Origin: an uncultured Actinomycetes bacterium
GTDB lineage: Bacteria; Actinomycetota; UBA4738; HRBIN12
NCBI GenBank assembly: GCA_963704725.1
Contig: OY969934.1
Location: forward strand, 1,984,001-2,048,000
Direction of reading: 5' to 3'
Length of the DNA: 64,000 bases
Both the position numbers and the translations under genes were made by a program. Under the pieces are notes generated by a model. That model ran no database searches. It saw only the letters and a list, made by a program, of their open reading frames with translations, and was not told the origin of the DNA. Numbering within the stretch: the stretch's first letter is position 1; every line of letters starts with the position of its first letter. Below are positions 17,101-27,651 of this stretch, one piece after another.

Positions 17101-18396
17101 CTACCGGCCGCGGCGCTCGCCGGGCCGGAACCGCAGGCGGACGGGGACGCCGTCGAGCTCGAACGCCCGGCGAAGGCGGTTCTCCAGGAACCGCTCGTAG
17201 TTGGTCCCGGGAGGCCGGCCGCCGAACAGGACGAACGTCGGCGGGGCGGTGCCGGCCTGGGTCCCGTAGCGATAGCGCACGCCGCCCGGCGCGGGGCGCT
17301 CTCGCTGCAGCTCCCCGATGACCTCGTTGACGGTCGCGGTCCCGGCCCGTCGCGTCCATCGCTCGTGGACCTCCAGCAGGACCGGAGGGAGCCCGCGGAC
17401 GCCGGTTCCGGTCTTGGCCGAGGTCCGCAGCACCGGCGCTCGGGCGAAGGGAGCGAGCGCGGCGTCCAGCCCCCGGAACCGGGGGTCCCGGTCCTCGCTC
17501 TGCAGCAGATCCCACTTGTTGGCGACGACCACCAGACCGCGTCCCACCTCCATCACCCGTGCCGCGATCCGCTTGTCCTCACCCGAGAAGCCTTGCACCG
17601 CATCCAGGATCAGCACGGCGACGTGCGCACGCTCGATGGCGCGTTCGGCGCGCAGGAAGCTGTAGTACTCGACGCCGTGGACCTTGGCCGGCCTGCGCAG
17701 CCCCGCCGTGTCGACGAACCGGACTGGCCCCTGGGGCCACTCGACCACGGCGTCGACGGCGTCGCGCGTCGTCCCCGCCTCCTCGTAGACCACGGAGCGC
17801 TCCTGCCCCACCAGGCGGTTGAACAGGCTCGACTTCCCCACGTTGGGCCGTCCCACGAGCGCGAACCGAGGTCGATCCCCGGCCGCAGCCTCCCCGGCCT
17901 CCTCCGGCAGCAGCTCGACCACCCGGTCCAGGAGGTCCCCCGAGTTTCGGCCGTGCATGGCCGAGACGGCGATGGGGTCGCCCAGGCCCAGGGCGTGGAA
18001 GGCGAGCGCGTCGGTCTCCTCCCGCTCGGTGTCGACCTTGTTCACGACCAGGACCACCGGAGCCCGAGCGCGGCGAAGGGTCCGGGCCAGCATGGCGTCC
18101 TCCTCCACCGGCCCGGTCCGGGCGTCCACGACGACGAGGATGACGTCGGCCTCCGCCGCCGCTCGCTCCGCCTGGCGCGTGACCTCGGCCTCGATCCCGT
18201 GGGCGTCGTGGACGAAGCCGCCGGTGTCGACGAGGCGGAACGTCCGACCGCGCCACGACGTCTCCAGCTCCACGCGATCCCGGGTCACCCCGGGCGTCTC
18301 GTCCGCGATGGCCTCCCGCGCGCCGAACAGCCGATTCACGAGGGTCGACTTGCCGACGTTCTGACGGCCCACGACCGCGACCGCCGGGACGCTCAC
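17101..18396 (-). CDS. der: Ribosome biogenesis GTPase Der
   Basis: Two G domains GRQNVGKST and [25 protein letters not shown]. Confidence 0.97.
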   Translation of the reverse strand: MSVPAVAVVGRQNVGKSTLVNRLFGAREAIADETPGVTRDRVELETSWRGRTFRLVDTGGFVHDAHGIEAEVTRQAERAAAEADVILVVVDARTGPVEEDAMLARTLRRARAPVVLVVNKVDTEREETDALAFHALGLGDPIAVSAMHGRNSGDLLDRVVELLPEEAGEAAAGDRPRFALVGRPNVGKSSLFNRLVGQERSVVYEEAGTTRDAVDAVVEWPQGPVRFVDTAGLRRPAKVHGVEYYSFLRAERAIERAHVAVLILDAVQGFSGEDKRIAARVMEVGRGLVVVANKWDLLQSEDRDPRFRGLDAALAPFARAPVLRTSAKTGTGVRGLPPVLLEVHERWTRRAGTATVNEVIGELQRERPAPGGVRYRYGTQAGTAPPTFVLFGGRPPGTNYERFLENRLRRAFELDGVPVRLRFRPGERRGR

Positions 18397-19058
18397 CGGC
18401 CCCGCTCCCCCAGCCGGGCTCGCACGGCGGCCAGGGCGGTGCGGAACACCGTCTCCCGGTCCATGCCCGTCGTGTCGATCGCCACCGCGTCCGCCGCCGG
18501 CTCGGGCCGGTTGGTGCGCGCGTCGAGGGCGTCGCGAGCCGACAGCGCCCGCCCGGTCTCGTCGCGGGGCGTGGGACGCTCGTCGATCCGGCGCGCGATC
18601 CGTTCGGACTCCTCGGCCTGGAGGTAGATCTTCGCGTCGGCTCCGGGGGCGACGACCGTGCCGATGTCTCGACCCTCGACCACGCCTCCGCCCTGGCTCA
18701 TCCGGCGCTGCTCACGACAGAGCGCAGCTCGGACCTCCGGGTGACGTGCCACGCGGGACACCCGGGACTCGACCTCTGCAGAGGAGAGCTCCGCCGCAGG
18801 GGGGCGACCGTCCACCGAGAGCTCGGCGGGACGTAGGCTCGCGTCGAGGTCGAAGGTCATCTCCGCCGCGAGCCTCGCCAGCTCCGGGCCGTCCTCGGGA
18901 TCGACCCCCCTGCGGACCGCCTCCAGCGTGAGGGCCCGGTACATCAGCCCGGTGTTCAGGTACGGGAGGTCGAGGGTCTCGGCGAGCCGCCGGGCGAGCG
19001 TGCTCTTGCCCGACCCGGCGGGCCCGTCGATCGCGATCACGGGCCGGCGCCGGGTCAC
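18393..19058 (-). CDS. cmk: Cytidylate kinase
   Basis: [26 protein letters not shown]. Confidence 0.96.
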   Translation of the reverse strand: MTRRRPVIAIDGPAGSGKSTLARRLAETLDLPYLNTGLMYRALTLEAVRRGVDPEDGPELARLAAEMTFDLDASLRPAELSVDGRPPAAELSSAEVESRVSRVARHPEVRAALCREQRRMSQGGGVVEGRDIGTVVAPGADAKIYLQAEESERIARRIDERPTPRDETGRALSARDALDARTNRPEPAADAVAIDTTGMDRETVFRTALAAVRARLGERGR

Positions 19059-20416
19059 GGTTCGATCCCCGCACCGAGGGCGCGCAGGGCGTGAACGAAC
19101 CCGGGGAAGGAGACGTCGGCCGCCTCCATCCCCTCCACCGTCACGGGCTCGCGGGCGCCGAGGCTGGCCACGGCGAGCGCCATCGCCATGCGGTGGTCCC
19201 CGCCCGAGTCCGCCCGCCCTCCGAGGAGGCCGCCCCCGGCCACCACGAGATCGTCCCCCTCCACGCCGGCGCCGCCGCCGAGGTCGCGGATGGCCTCGAC
19301 CACGCCGCGCAGCCGGTCGACCTCCTTCACGCGGAGCTCGCCCGCCCCCAAGAACCAGGAGTCGCCACGGGCGTGGGCGGCCAGCATGGCCAGGACGGGG
19401 ACCTCGTCGATCAGCATCGGCAGCTCCTGCTCGGTCACGGTCGCCCCGGAGAGCCCGGCACAGGGCTCGACCTCGAGCACCCCGACGGGCTCACCGAGCT
19501 CCGACCGCTCCACCTCGACCCGCGTGCGCACGCCCATGCGCGCCAGCACCTCGAGCAGGAAGGTGCGACTGGGGTTGAGGCCGACGTCCCGGATCACGAG
19601 GGCTCGACCCGTGACCGCAGCCGCGGCGACCAGGAACGCCGCCGAGGAGACGTCACCCGGCACCGATGCCGAGAAGCCCTCGTGCTGGAACGCCCGAACC
19701 GAGACGCGGCCGCCCTGCACCGCCACCGGCGCCCCGAGGTGACCGAGGGCCCGTTCCGTATGGTCGCGGGTGGGCGCGGGCTCCTGCACCGAGGTCTCCC
19801 CCGCCGCCGCCAGTCCCGCCAGAAGGACGGCGCTCTTCACCTGGGCGCTGGGGACGGAGGGGACGTGTGCGATCCCGGTGAGCGGCCCGCCCCGGACGAC
19901 GACGGGCGGACGGCCGTCCGACGTCCTCACGTCGGCGCCCATCGCCCGCAGGGGCTCCGCCACCCGGTCCATGGGACGGGCGGAGAGGCTCTCGTCCCCC
20001 ACCAGGCGCGTCTCGAACGGGCAGGAGGCAAGGACCCCGCAGATCAGGCGCATGGTCGTGCCCGAGTTGCCGCAGTCGAGGGGGTGCTCGGGCGGTCGAA
20101 GCCACGCTCGACCTTGAGACTCGACCTCGACCGGAAGGCCTCGAGGTTGACCCATGTTCGACGTGGAACCGTCGCCCTCAGGCACGGCCGAGGGCTGGTC
20201 GGCCCAAGCCTCGAGTGAACCTCGAGTCCCCTCGCCGGCGATCTCCGCCAGGGCCCTCGCCGTCGACCGCACGTCGAGCGCCTCCGGCAGGTCCCGGAGC
20301 TCGCTCCGCCCTCGGGCCGTGGCCGACAGGATGAGCCAGCGGTGGGCGATCGACTTGTCGCCGGGCACGCGGGCCTCGCCGCCGACGGAGCTGCCGGGCC
20401 GGACCGTGACGCGCAT
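19055..20416 (-). CDS. aroA: EPSP synthase
   Basis: PGDKSIAHR, CGNSGTTMR, SAQVKS, RDHTE, DHRMAM. Confidence 0.96.
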   Translation of the reverse strand: MRVTVRPGSSVGGEARVPGDKSIAHRWLILSATARGRSELRDLPEALDVRSTARALAEIAGEGTRGSLEAWADQPSAVPEGDGSTSNMGQPRGLPVEVESQGRAWLRPPEHPLDCGNSGTTMRLICGVLASCPFETRLVGDESLSARPMDRVAEPLRAMGADVRTSDGRPPVVVRGGPLTGIAHVPSVPSAQVKSAVLLAGLAAAGETSVQEPAPTRDHTERALGHLGAPVAVQGGRVSVRAFQHEGFSASVPGDVSSAAFLVAAAAVTGRALVIRDVGLNPSRTFLLEVLARMGVRTRVEVERSELGEPVGVLEVEPCAGLSGATVTEQELPMLIDEVPVLAMLAAHARGDSWFLGAGELRVKEVDRLRGVVEAIRDLGGGAGVEGDDLVVAGGGLLGGRADSGGDHRMAMALAVASLGAREPVTVEGMEAADVSFPGFVHALRALGAGIEP

Positions 20417-20419
20417 CGC

Positions 20420-21514
20420 TCAGGCCAGCCGATGTGGCTCGAACCACCGCTCGCGCAGTGCCCGCTCCGCGTGCTCGGCGCGGTCGGACGCCACGGTGAG
20501 GTGCACCAGTCCGCGACCCCCCTCCGGCGAGTGCACGATCTGGAGGTCCTCGATGTTCACCTTCGCCTCGCCCATCGCCGCGGTCAGCTCGGCGAGGACG
20601 CCCGGCCGATCCGGGACCGGGATCTGCAGGACGTGCACGCCCGACCGGACCTGGGGCTTGGCGGCGAGCGTGAGCCGCGCCGCCTTCGCCTCGGCGAACA
20701 TCGTCTCGACCGCGGCGGCGTCTCCCGCCGCCACCAGGTCCCGGAGCACCGCGAGCCGCTCCCGGTACAGGTCGATGGAGCGGGCGATGGCCTCCCGGTT
20801 GGCCAGGAGGATGTCGCTCCACAGTCGGGGGTTGGAGGCGGCCAGGCGCGTGAGGTCCCGGAACCCTCCCGCCGCGAGCAGGAGGATCTCGGGCTCGCCC
20901 GCCTCCTCGGTGGCCGCGAGCCCCATGAGCGCGGTGGACGCAACCTGCGGCAGGTGGCTCACGATGGCCACGAGCCGGTCGTGGCGCTCGGGATCCAGGC
21001 GCACGGGACGCGCCCCCACCCGTTCCACCCACGCCTCCAGGCGCCGGGTCGCGGGCTCCTCGGTCTCGCCGGTCGGGCACAGCGCCCACACGATGCCGTC
21101 GAGGACCGACGGCGACGCGTGCTCGGGGCCCGACCGCTCCGAGCCGCCCATCGGATGGCCCCCGACGTAGCGCCGCAGGTCGCCGGTCTCGGCGAGCCCT
21201 TCGACCTCGAGCATCAGGTGAGACTTCACGCTCCCCACGTCGGTGACCACGGCGTCGGGGGCCGCCCGCAGGGCCTCGACCACCAGCTTGGGCAGAGCAG
21301 GGACCGGGGCGCACACGAAGACGAGGGTCGCCCCCGCCACGCAGCGCTCCACGTCGGGGGCCGGGGAGAGCCCCGAGCGCTCCGCGGCCGCGGCCAGGAC
21401 CGCTGGATCGGCGTCGAATCCGCGCACCTGGTCGCCGGAGCGCCCGGCGGCCATGGCGATGGAGGTGCCGATCAGGCCCGTTCCCACCACCGCGACGCGA
21501 TCAGCCGAGGTCAT
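20420..21514 (-). CDS. tyrA: Prephenate dehydrogenase with ACT domain
   Basis: GTGLIG, DVGSVK, HPMGGSE, SHLP, C-terminal PDRPGVLA. Confidence 0.94.
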   Translation of the reverse strand: MTSADRVAVVGTGLIGTSIAMAAGRSGDQVRGFDADPAVLAAAAERSGLSPAPDVERCVAGATLVFVCAPVPALPKLVVEALRAAPDAVVTDVGSVKSHLMLEVEGLAETGDLRRYVGGHPMGGSERSGPEHASPSVLDGIVWALCPTGETEEPATRRLEAWVERVGARPVRLDPERHDRLVAIVSHLPQVASTALMGLAATEEAGEPEILLLAAGGFRDLTRLAASNPRLWSDILLANREAIARSIDLYRERLAVLRDLVAAGDAAAVETMFAEAKAARLTLAAKPQVRSGVHVLQIPVPDRPGVLAELTAAMGEAKVNIEDLQIVHSPEGGRGLVHLTVASDRAEHAERALRERWFEPHRLA

Positions 21515-21869
21515 CGCGCAGCGACTCCGCGCCGTCCAGGTAGGTCGGCAGGACCTCGCCCGGGGACCGCAGCGTGTGGAAGTGGATCAGGATGCGAACG
21601 ACCCGGGGCATCGAGCCCCGCACCGGGATCTCCTGGGCGCACAGCAGCGGGACGCCCCCGAGGCCCATCCGCCTGGCCGCCTCCGCCGGGAAGACGGAGC
21701 GCAGATCCTCAGTCGCCGTGAAGAAGATGCTCACGAGATCGTCCGCCTCCACGCCGTTGCGTTCGAGCATGGCATCGAGGAGCCGTTCGGTCGCGGCCAG
21801 GACGATCTCGGCCGTGTCGTCGGCCACGCGGATCGCCCCCCGGACCGCACGAACCCGCTGCTCCCCCAC
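21501..21869 (-). CDS. aroH: Chorismate mutase, AroH class
   Basis: VRAVRGAI, FTATEDL..FPAEAAR, YLDGAESLRDDL. Confidence 0.94.
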   Translation of the reverse strand: MGEQRVRAVRGAIRVADDTAEIVLAATERLLDAMLERNGVEADDLVSIFFTATEDLRSVFPAEAARRMGLGGVPLLCAQEIPVRGSMPRVVRILIHFHTLRSPGEVLPTYLDGAESLRDDLG

Positions 21870-21915
21870 CGCGCTGGTCCCTTCCTCGCCGACGGATGCC
21901 TCGCGGTGCGAAAGG

Positions 21916-22635
21916 CTACAGGCCGGCGACGCGGTACAGGGCCCGGACCTCGTCCGACGTGAGGTCGCGGAGCTCTCCGGGCCGCATCCGCCCCAGGCGG
22001 ACCGGGCCGACGCGGGTCCGGACGAGGCGGCGGACCGGCAGCCCGACCGCCTCGAGCATCCTGCGGACCTCGCGCTTGCGGCCCTCGGCCAGGACCAGCC
22101 GGACCCCCCCGCGGCCCGCGGCCGCGCCGGCGGGATGCGCGGCCAGCGCCCGCGCCCGGCCGTCGTCGAGCTCCACCCCCCGCCGGAGCCGGCCGAGCTG
22201 ACGCGACGAGGGGATGCCCTCCACCTCGGCCAGGTACTCCTTCTCCACCCCGTGCCGGGGATGGGCCAGGCGGTGGGCGAGCTCGCCGTCGTTCGTGAGC
22301 AGGAGCAGGCCCTCGGTGTCGCGATCGAGCCGCCCCACCGGGAACACCCGTGGACCCTTTGGGAGCAGCGCCCGGAGGTCGCGCTCGGCGTGGGCGTCCC
22401 GCATGGTGGTGGTGACGCCCCGGGGCTTGTGCAGGGCCAGGTAGCGCAGGCCCGGATCGACGCTGACCCGCCGGCCGTCCACCCGGAGCTCGTCGCGCTC
22501 GGGGTCGACGCGGTCGCCGAGCGTGGCAACCCGGCCGCCGACCTCCACGCGACCGGCTGCGATCAGCTCCTCGCAGGCCCGGCGCGATCCGAACCCCGCC
22601 CGGGCCAGCGCCCGCTGCACGCGCTCGACGGCCAC
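21916..22635 (-). CDS. rluB: rRNA pseudouridine synthase (RluB/RsuA family)
   Basis: S4 domain SRRACEELI, GRLDRDTEGLLLLTNDG. Confidence 0.94.
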   Translation of the reverse strand: MAVERVQRALARAGFGSRRACEELIAAGRVEVGGRVATLGDRVDPERDELRVDGRRVSVDPGLRYLALHKPRGVTTTMRDAHAERDLRALLPKGPRVFPVGRLDRDTEGLLLLTNDGELAHRLAHPRHGVEKEYLAEVEGIPSSRQLGRLRRGVELDDGRARALAAHPAGAAAGRGGVRLVLAEGRKREVRRMLEAVGLPVRRLVRTRVGPVRLGRMRPGELRDLTSDEVRALYRVAGL

Positions 22636-22642
22636 CGAGGAC

Positions 22643-23215
22643 TCACTCGCCGGCGGCGGCCTGCTCGCCCTCGGCGGCCTCCGGGGCGGGCTGGCCGAGG
22701 AGGGGGGCGAGCGGCGGCAGCGCCGACAGCGAGGGCAGCCCCAGCCGCTCGAGGAACTCGGGGGTCGTCCCGTACAGGACCGGCCGCCCGGGCGTCTCCT
22801 CCCGGCCCACCTCTGCCACGAGGCCCCGGTCGACCAGCGCCCGGAGCACACCGTCGGAGTTCACGCCCCGGATCGAGGAGACCTGGTGGCGCGTGACGGG
22901 TTGCTTGTAGGCGATGATCGACAGGGTCTCGAGCGCGGCCTTCGTCAGGCGGGCGTGGCGCGAGGACAGGACGTAGGCCTCGACGACGGGTGACGCGTCC
23001 GGGTGCGTGGCCAGGCGCCACCCCCCGGCGACGTTGCGCAGGACGACCCCCGAGGCCCGCTCCTGGTAGGAGCGGGCCAGCTCCTCGCACAGGTCCTCGG
23101 CCTCGCGCCGCTCGACCCCGAGGGCCTGGGCCAGGACGACCGCGGCCACGGGTTCGTCCGAGACGAACAGGACCGCCTCCAGAGCCTGCAGCAGCGGTGC
23201 GCGCTCTCCGTCCAC
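22643..23215 (-). CDS. scpB: SMC-Scp complex subunit ScpB
   Basis: LEAVLF, AALETLSIIAYKQPVTR, IRGV, LYGTT..FL. Confidence 0.95.
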   Translation of the reverse strand: MDGERAPLLQALEAVLFVSDEPVAAVVLAQALGVERREAEDLCEELARSYQERASGVVLRNVAGGWRLATHPDASPVVEAYVLSSRHARLTKAALETLSIIAYKQPVTRHQVSSIRGVNSDGVLRALVDRGLVAEVGREETPGRPVLYGTTPEFLERLGLPSLSALPPLAPLLGQPAPEAAEGEQAAAGE

Positions 23216-23216
23216 G

Positions 23217-23981
23217 TCAGCTCCCGTCCCACCGCACGTTGATCTCGCCGAACGTCTCCGCCTGCTCGAGCTCGACCTTCCCTTCACGGTACAGGTCGAG
23301 GAGGGCGAGGAACCGCACGACGATCTGGATCCGCTCGTCGCAATCGGCCACCAGCTCCCGGAACGACGCCGACCCCAGCCGGTCCAGGTGCACCCGGACG
23401 GCCTCACGCGCCTCGTCGATCGTGTACCGGATCGGGGTGACGTGCGACAGATCGAGCATCGGCGGGGGCCGTAGAAGGGCCGCGGCCAGCGCCGCGAGGT
23501 CGTCGGCCCGGACCTTCTCCATGACGTCGGGATACAGGTGGGCGAACTCCGGTGGGGGTCCGGCCTCGCGGTGGAAGTGCCGCGCCTCCTCCTCGATGCG
23601 GCGCGCGAGATCCACGGTGACCCGCCGGAACGCCGCCAGCTCGAGCGAGCGCGCGTACACGAGGTCGGGCGAGATGCCGATCAGGTCCTCCTCGTCCACC
23701 GTCTCGTGCCGCGGCATGAGCCGGCCCACCTTCAGCTCCAGCATCACGGCGCACGCGGCGAGGAACCACGTGGCCTCCTCGAGCGACCAGCGCTCGGCGT
23801 CCCGGGAGTGCTCGAGGAAGCGGTCCGTGACCGTGGCGATCGAGACGTCGCAGACGTCGATCTTCTGGTCGAGGATCAGGTCCGCGAGGAGCTTGAAGGG
23901 GCCGACGAAGACGGGCAGCTCGACCGCGAAGGTGCCGGCCGCCGGTCCGGAGGCGTCGTCGGTGCGCGCGGCGTCGGTCAC
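23217..23981 (-). CDS. scpA: Segregation/condensation protein ScpA
   Basis: FVGPFKLL, FLALLDLYREGKV..Q...FGEI. Confidence 0.92.
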   Translation of the reverse strand: MTDAARTDDASGPAAGTFAVELPVFVGPFKLLADLILDQKIDVCDVSIATVTDRFLEHSRDAERWSLEEATWFLAACAVMLELKVGRLMPRHETVDEEDLIGISPDLVYARSLELAAFRRVTVDLARRIEEEARHFHREAGPPPEFAHLYPDVMEKVRADDLAALAAALLRPPPMLDLSHVTPIRYTIDEAREAVRVHLDRLGSASFRELVADCDERIQIVVRFLALLDLYREGKVELEQAETFGEINVRWDGS

Positions 23982-24021
23982 GTCGCGGCCGATGATAGCG
24001 CCCGGCAAGTGGCGGCCCTCG

Positions 24022-24675
24022 TCACGGGGGACAGCCGGCGCCGGCGAAGACGTCGCAGATCGCGCGGAACAGCCCGTTCACGATACCGAGGAACGGGCCG
24101 CCCAGGAGGAAGAAGATCGCCAGCACGAACAGGACCAGGTACTCGTCGAGGTTCGCGTAGACCTCCCGCGCCCGCCCGTGCAGCACGCGCACGAGCAGCT
24201 TCGAGCCGTCGAATCCCGGCACCGGCATCAGCTGGATCAGGAACATCAGCCCGTTGACGTACAGGAACGAGTAGACGAAGACGAGCGATTCCCCGGTCAG
24301 TCCGAGCCGCAGCAGGAGCCCGGCGACCGCGGCGACCGCCAGGTTCGCCAGCAGGCCCGCCCACACGACGCGCAGCGAGTCGCGTTTGGGGTTGTGCAGG
24401 TAGTTCGGATCCAAGGGCATCGGCTTCGCGTAGGCGAACGGCGGGATGACGAACCCCGTTCCCGAGGCGACCAGGACGAGCGACAGGGCCGGCAGGATCA
24501 GGCTGCCGAACGGGTCGATCAGCGGCCGCGGGTTCAGCGTGAGGCGGCCCCACCGTCGCGGGCTGGGGTCACCGAACCGGTCCGCCGCCAGGGCGTGGGC
24601 GTACTCGTGAAGGACGAGGGCTTGCACGAGCGCGATCGCGATGTAGGCCGCGAACCGGACGTTGCCGAGGTACAC
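24022..24675 (-). CDS. Site-2 (M50) zinc metalloprotease
   Basis: HEYAH, GRLTLNP, LMPVPGFDG. Confidence 0.9.
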   Translation of the reverse strand: MYLGNVRFAAYIAIALVQALVLHEYAHALAADRFGDPSPRRWGRLTLNPRPLIDPFGSLILPALSLVLVASGTGFVIPPFAYAKPMPLDPNYLHNPKRDSLRVVWAGLLANLAVAAVAGLLLRLGLTGESLVFVYSFLYVNGLMFLIQLMPVPGFDGSKLLVRVLHGRAREVYANLDEYLVLFVLAIFFLLGGPFLGIVNGLFRAICDVFAGAGCPP

Positions 24676-24681
24676 GCGCCT

Positions 24682-25998
24682 CTAGCCCCCGTACCAGCCG
24701 TATACGAGCGGAGGCGGCTCGACCGGGTCGTCGTGCATCGTCAGCGCGGCGCGGATGCGTCGCAGGCACTCGTGGGCGTCCTCGTCCGTCCGTGCGTGCA
24801 CGCGTCCCAGCTCCTGTCCGATCTCGACCCGATCCCCCACCTTGGGCCGGAACACGATACCGACCGCGGGGTCCACCGGGTCGCCCTTGCGCTTGCGCCC
24901 GGCGCCCAGGTCGCCGCTCGCTCGCCCCAGCGCCTCGGCGTCGACGGCCCCGAGCCAGCCGTCGCGCTCGGCCTCGATCGGCAGGGCGACCGGCGCCGTC
25001 GGCAGGACTCCGCTCGGATCGTCGACGACCCGGGGGTCGCCGCCCTGGCGTTCGACCATCCGCCGGAACGACTCCACCGCCTCCCCGGAGTCGAGCGCCG
25101 CGGCGGCGCGGGCCCGGCCCTGCCCCATGCCGACGTCCGTGAGGCGGCTCAGAGCCTCGCCCGCGAACATCACGACGGCGTCGCGCAGACGACCGTGCAT
25201 CCCCCCCCGCAGGAGCTCCACGGCCTCGGCCACGTCGAGCGCGTTGCCGATGGCGTCGCCCAGCGGCTGCGACATGTCCGTGACGGCGCAGCGCGTGGGG
25301 CGGCCCCAGTCGGCGGCGAGCTTGGCGCACGCCTTCGCCAGGGTCTTCGCGGCGGCCGGCGTCTTCATGAAGGCGCCGCTCCCGGCCTTCACGTCGAGCA
25401 GGATGAGGTCGGTGCCCAGGGCCAGCTTTTTGGACATCACGCTCGCCGCGATCAGGGGGACCGACGGGACGGTCGCCGTGGCGTCCCGGAGTGCGTAGAG
25501 CGCGCCGTCGGCCGGCACGAGGTCCGCGCTCTGGGCGACGACGGCGCACCCGATCTCGTCGACCTGACGCTCGAACGCGGCCGGCTCGACGTCCGTGCGG
25601 AGCCCCGGGATGGCCTCGAGCTTGTCGAGCGTCCCCCCTGTGTGCCCCAGGCCCCGCCCGGAGAGCTTGGCCACGGCGAGCCCGAGGGACGCGGCGAGCG
25701 GCGCGAAGACGAGGGTCACACCGTCGGCCACACCGCCCGTCGAGTGCTTGTCCACCTTCGGTCTGGAGATGCCACGGAGAGGGAGGGTCTCGCCCGAGTC
25801 GACCATGGCCCGGGTCAGCGCGAGGGTCTCACCGTCGTCGAGCCCGTTGACGAAGGCCGCCATGAGGAAGGCGGCCGCCAGGTAGTCGGGCAGCTCGCCC
25901 CGCGCGTAGCCCAGCACGAACGTCCGAAGCTCATCGGGATCGAGAGTCTTCCCGTCGCGCTTGGCGGCCACGAGATCGCGGGGGTCGAAAGGGGTCAC
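24682..25998 (-). CDS. pdp: Pyrimidine-nucleoside/thymidine phosphorylase
   Basis: DKHSTGGV, SGRGLGHTGGTLDKLE, ASVMSKK. Confidence 0.96.
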   Translation of the reverse strand: MTPFDPRDLVAAKRDGKTLDPDELRTFVLGYARGELPDYLAAAFLMAAFVNGLDDGETLALTRAMVDSGETLPLRGISRPKVDKHSTGGVADGVTLVFAPLAASLGLAVAKLSGRGLGHTGGTLDKLEAIPGLRTDVEPAAFERQVDEIGCAVVAQSADLVPADGALYALRDATATVPSVPLIAASVMSKKLALGTDLILLDVKAGSGAFMKTPAAAKTLAKACAKLAADWGRPTRCAVTDMSQPLGDAIGNALDVAEAVELLRGGMHGRLRDAVVMFAGEALSRLTDVGMGQGRARAAAALDSGEAVESFRRMVERQGGDPRVVDDPSGVLPTAPVALPIEAERDGWLGAVDAEALGRASGDLGAGRKRKGDPVDPAVGIVFRPKVGDRVEIGQELGRVHARTDEDAHECLRRIRAALTMHDDPVEPPPLVYGWYGG

Positions 25999-26117
25999 GC
26001 CGAGGCTCCCCGCCCCTTCGACGCGCGCTCGACCGCACCCTCGCGTCGAGGTCGAGCTCGTTCCCGCAGGCGCACGGTCCGAACTCTCGACCTCCACCTG
26101 ATGCCCCGTGTGCTCAC
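25995..26117 (-). CDS. Putative 40-aa Arg-rich small protein
   Basis: GTG overlaps deoB TGA and its TGA overlaps pdp GTG, filling the intergenic gap exactly. Confidence 0.35.
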   Translation of the reverse strand: MSTRGIRWRSRVRTVRLRERARPRREGAVERASKGRGASA

Positions 26118-27292
26118 CACCCAAGCTCCCCGGCGAAGCTGGTCCCCCGCAGATCCCAGGGGATCCCGAGGAGACCGGCCGCCGTCGCGCCCAGGTCCGC
26201 GTACGTGGGGCGGGCTCCGACGTCGTGCGGCCCGCCGGGGACCCCGGCGGCGAGCACCGGCACCCGCTCTCGGGTGTGGTCGGTCGAGGGGGTGGTGGGG
26301 TCGCACCCGTGGTCTCCGGTGAGGAGGAGCACCCCGCCGTCGAGCGCACCGATCAGGTCGGGGATGCGGCGGTCGAGCGACTCCACCGCGCGCGCGTAGC
26401 CGGCCGGGTCGTTGCGGTGGCCGTACTTGCTGTCGAAGTCGACGAGGTTGCTGAACACGAGGGCGGGCCCGGGGCGGTGCAGGTAGCCGATCGTGAGATT
26501 CACGCCGTGGTCGTTCGAGTCCGAGTACAGGGCCTCGGTCAGGCCCTGCTGGGCGAAGATGTCCTGGATCTTGCCCACCCCGTAGACCGATATGCCACCC
26601 TCGGAGCAGCGCTCGAGCAGCGTCGGGCCGGGTGGCGGGACCGAGAAGTCGCGTCGCTCGGGCCGGCGAACGAACGCGCCCGGCGGCCCGGTGAACGGAC
26701 GGGCGATCACCCGGCCCACGTTGTGCTCCCCAACGAGCAGGCGCCGGGCGGCGCGGCACCACTCGTAGAGCTGCTGGAGCGAGACGACGTCGGTGTGGGC
26801 GGCGATCTGGAAGACCGAGTCCCCGCTCGTGTACACGATGGGCCGGCTTGTGCGCAGGTGCTCCTCCCCCAGCTCCGCGATGATCTCGGTCCCGGAGGCG
26901 GGCACGTTGCCGAGCACCGCCCGCCCCACCTTGGCCTCGAACGGCTCGATGATCTCGGGCGGGAAGCCGTCCGGATACAGCGGGAACGGCTGGTCCAGGA
27001 CGATCCCCGCCATCTCCCAGTGGCCGGTCGTCGTGTCCTTGCCCACCGAGCGCTCCGTGAGCCGGCCGTGGCCCGTGCCGGGCTCTGCCCGCGGCGACAC
27101 GCCCTCGATGTCGGTCAGCATGCCGAGTCCCAGGGCCTCCAGGTTCGGAGCCTCGATGCCCCCGACCGCCCTGGCCGTGTTGGCCAGCGTGTCGGATCCC
27201 TCGTCGCCGTAGGCCGCCGCGTCCGGCGCGTCGCCCACGCCGAACGAGTCGCAGACGAGGATCAGGACCCGCGGGACCGTCGCCGCCGGCAC
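26114..27292 (-). CDS. deoB: Phosphopentomutase
   Basis: DSFGVG, GKDTTTGHWE, YTSGDSVFQ, DFDSKYGHRND, DHGCDPT. Confidence 0.96.
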   Translation of the reverse strand: MPAATVPRVLILVCDSFGVGDAPDAAAYGDEGSDTLANTARAVGGIEAPNLEALGLGMLTDIEGVSPRAEPGTGHGRLTERSVGKDTTTGHWEMAGIVLDQPFPLYPDGFPPEIIEPFEAKVGRAVLGNVPASGTEIIAELGEEHLRTSRPIVYTSGDSVFQIAAHTDVVSLQQLYEWCRAARRLLVGEHNVGRVIARPFTGPPGAFVRRPERRDFSVPPPGPTLLERCSEGGISVYGVGKIQDIFAQQGLTEALYSDSNDHGVNLTIGYLHRPGPALVFSNLVDFDSKYGHRNDPAGYARAVESLDRRIPDLIGALDGGVLLLTGDHGCDPTTPSTDHTRERVPVLAAGVPGGPHDVGARPTYADLGATAAGLLGIPWDLRGTSFAGELGW

Positions 27293-27294
27293 CG

Positions 27295-27651
27295 TCAGCG
27301 GCCCTCGCCCTTACGCGCGCAGTCGACGCACAGGATGGCCCAGGGCAGGGCCTCGAGCCGCTCGATGGGGATGGCGTTCCCGCACCGCTCGCAGGTGCCG
27401 TACGTTCCGAGCTCCATCTTCTTGAGCGCTCGGCTCACCCATCGCAGGTTCGCCCGGAGCGCCTTCATCACCGCGATCAGCCGGGCCCGCTCCGCCGTGC
27501 TGTGGGCGCTGTCGGCGAAGCCCCGCTCGACGTCGATCGCCGCGTCGTCCGAATCCGGGTCCCCACCCTGGTCGGCGATCTCCCGGCGAAGGTTCTCCCA
27601 TTGCTCCTCGAGCGCCGTCTGGAGCTCGGCGAGCGTCGCCTCTTCGATCAC
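27295..27651 (-). CDS. TraR/DksA C4-type zinc finger protein
   Basis: Coiled coil then GTYGTCERCG..I..ERLEALP....CVDC; SD GGAGGGAG. Confidence 0.88.
   Translation of the reverse strand: MIEEATLAELQTALEEQWENLRREIADQGGDPDSDDAAIDVERGFADSAHSTAERARLIAVMKALRANLRWVSRALKKMELGTYGTCERCGNAIPIERLEALPWAILCVDCARKGEGR

Noticed and set aside
26018-26057. H-type pseudoknot or frameshift signal between deoB and pdp
   Set aside because: Loop lengths of 0 and 1 nt across 8-bp helices are sterically implausible and there is no slippery site; more likely alternative hairpins.
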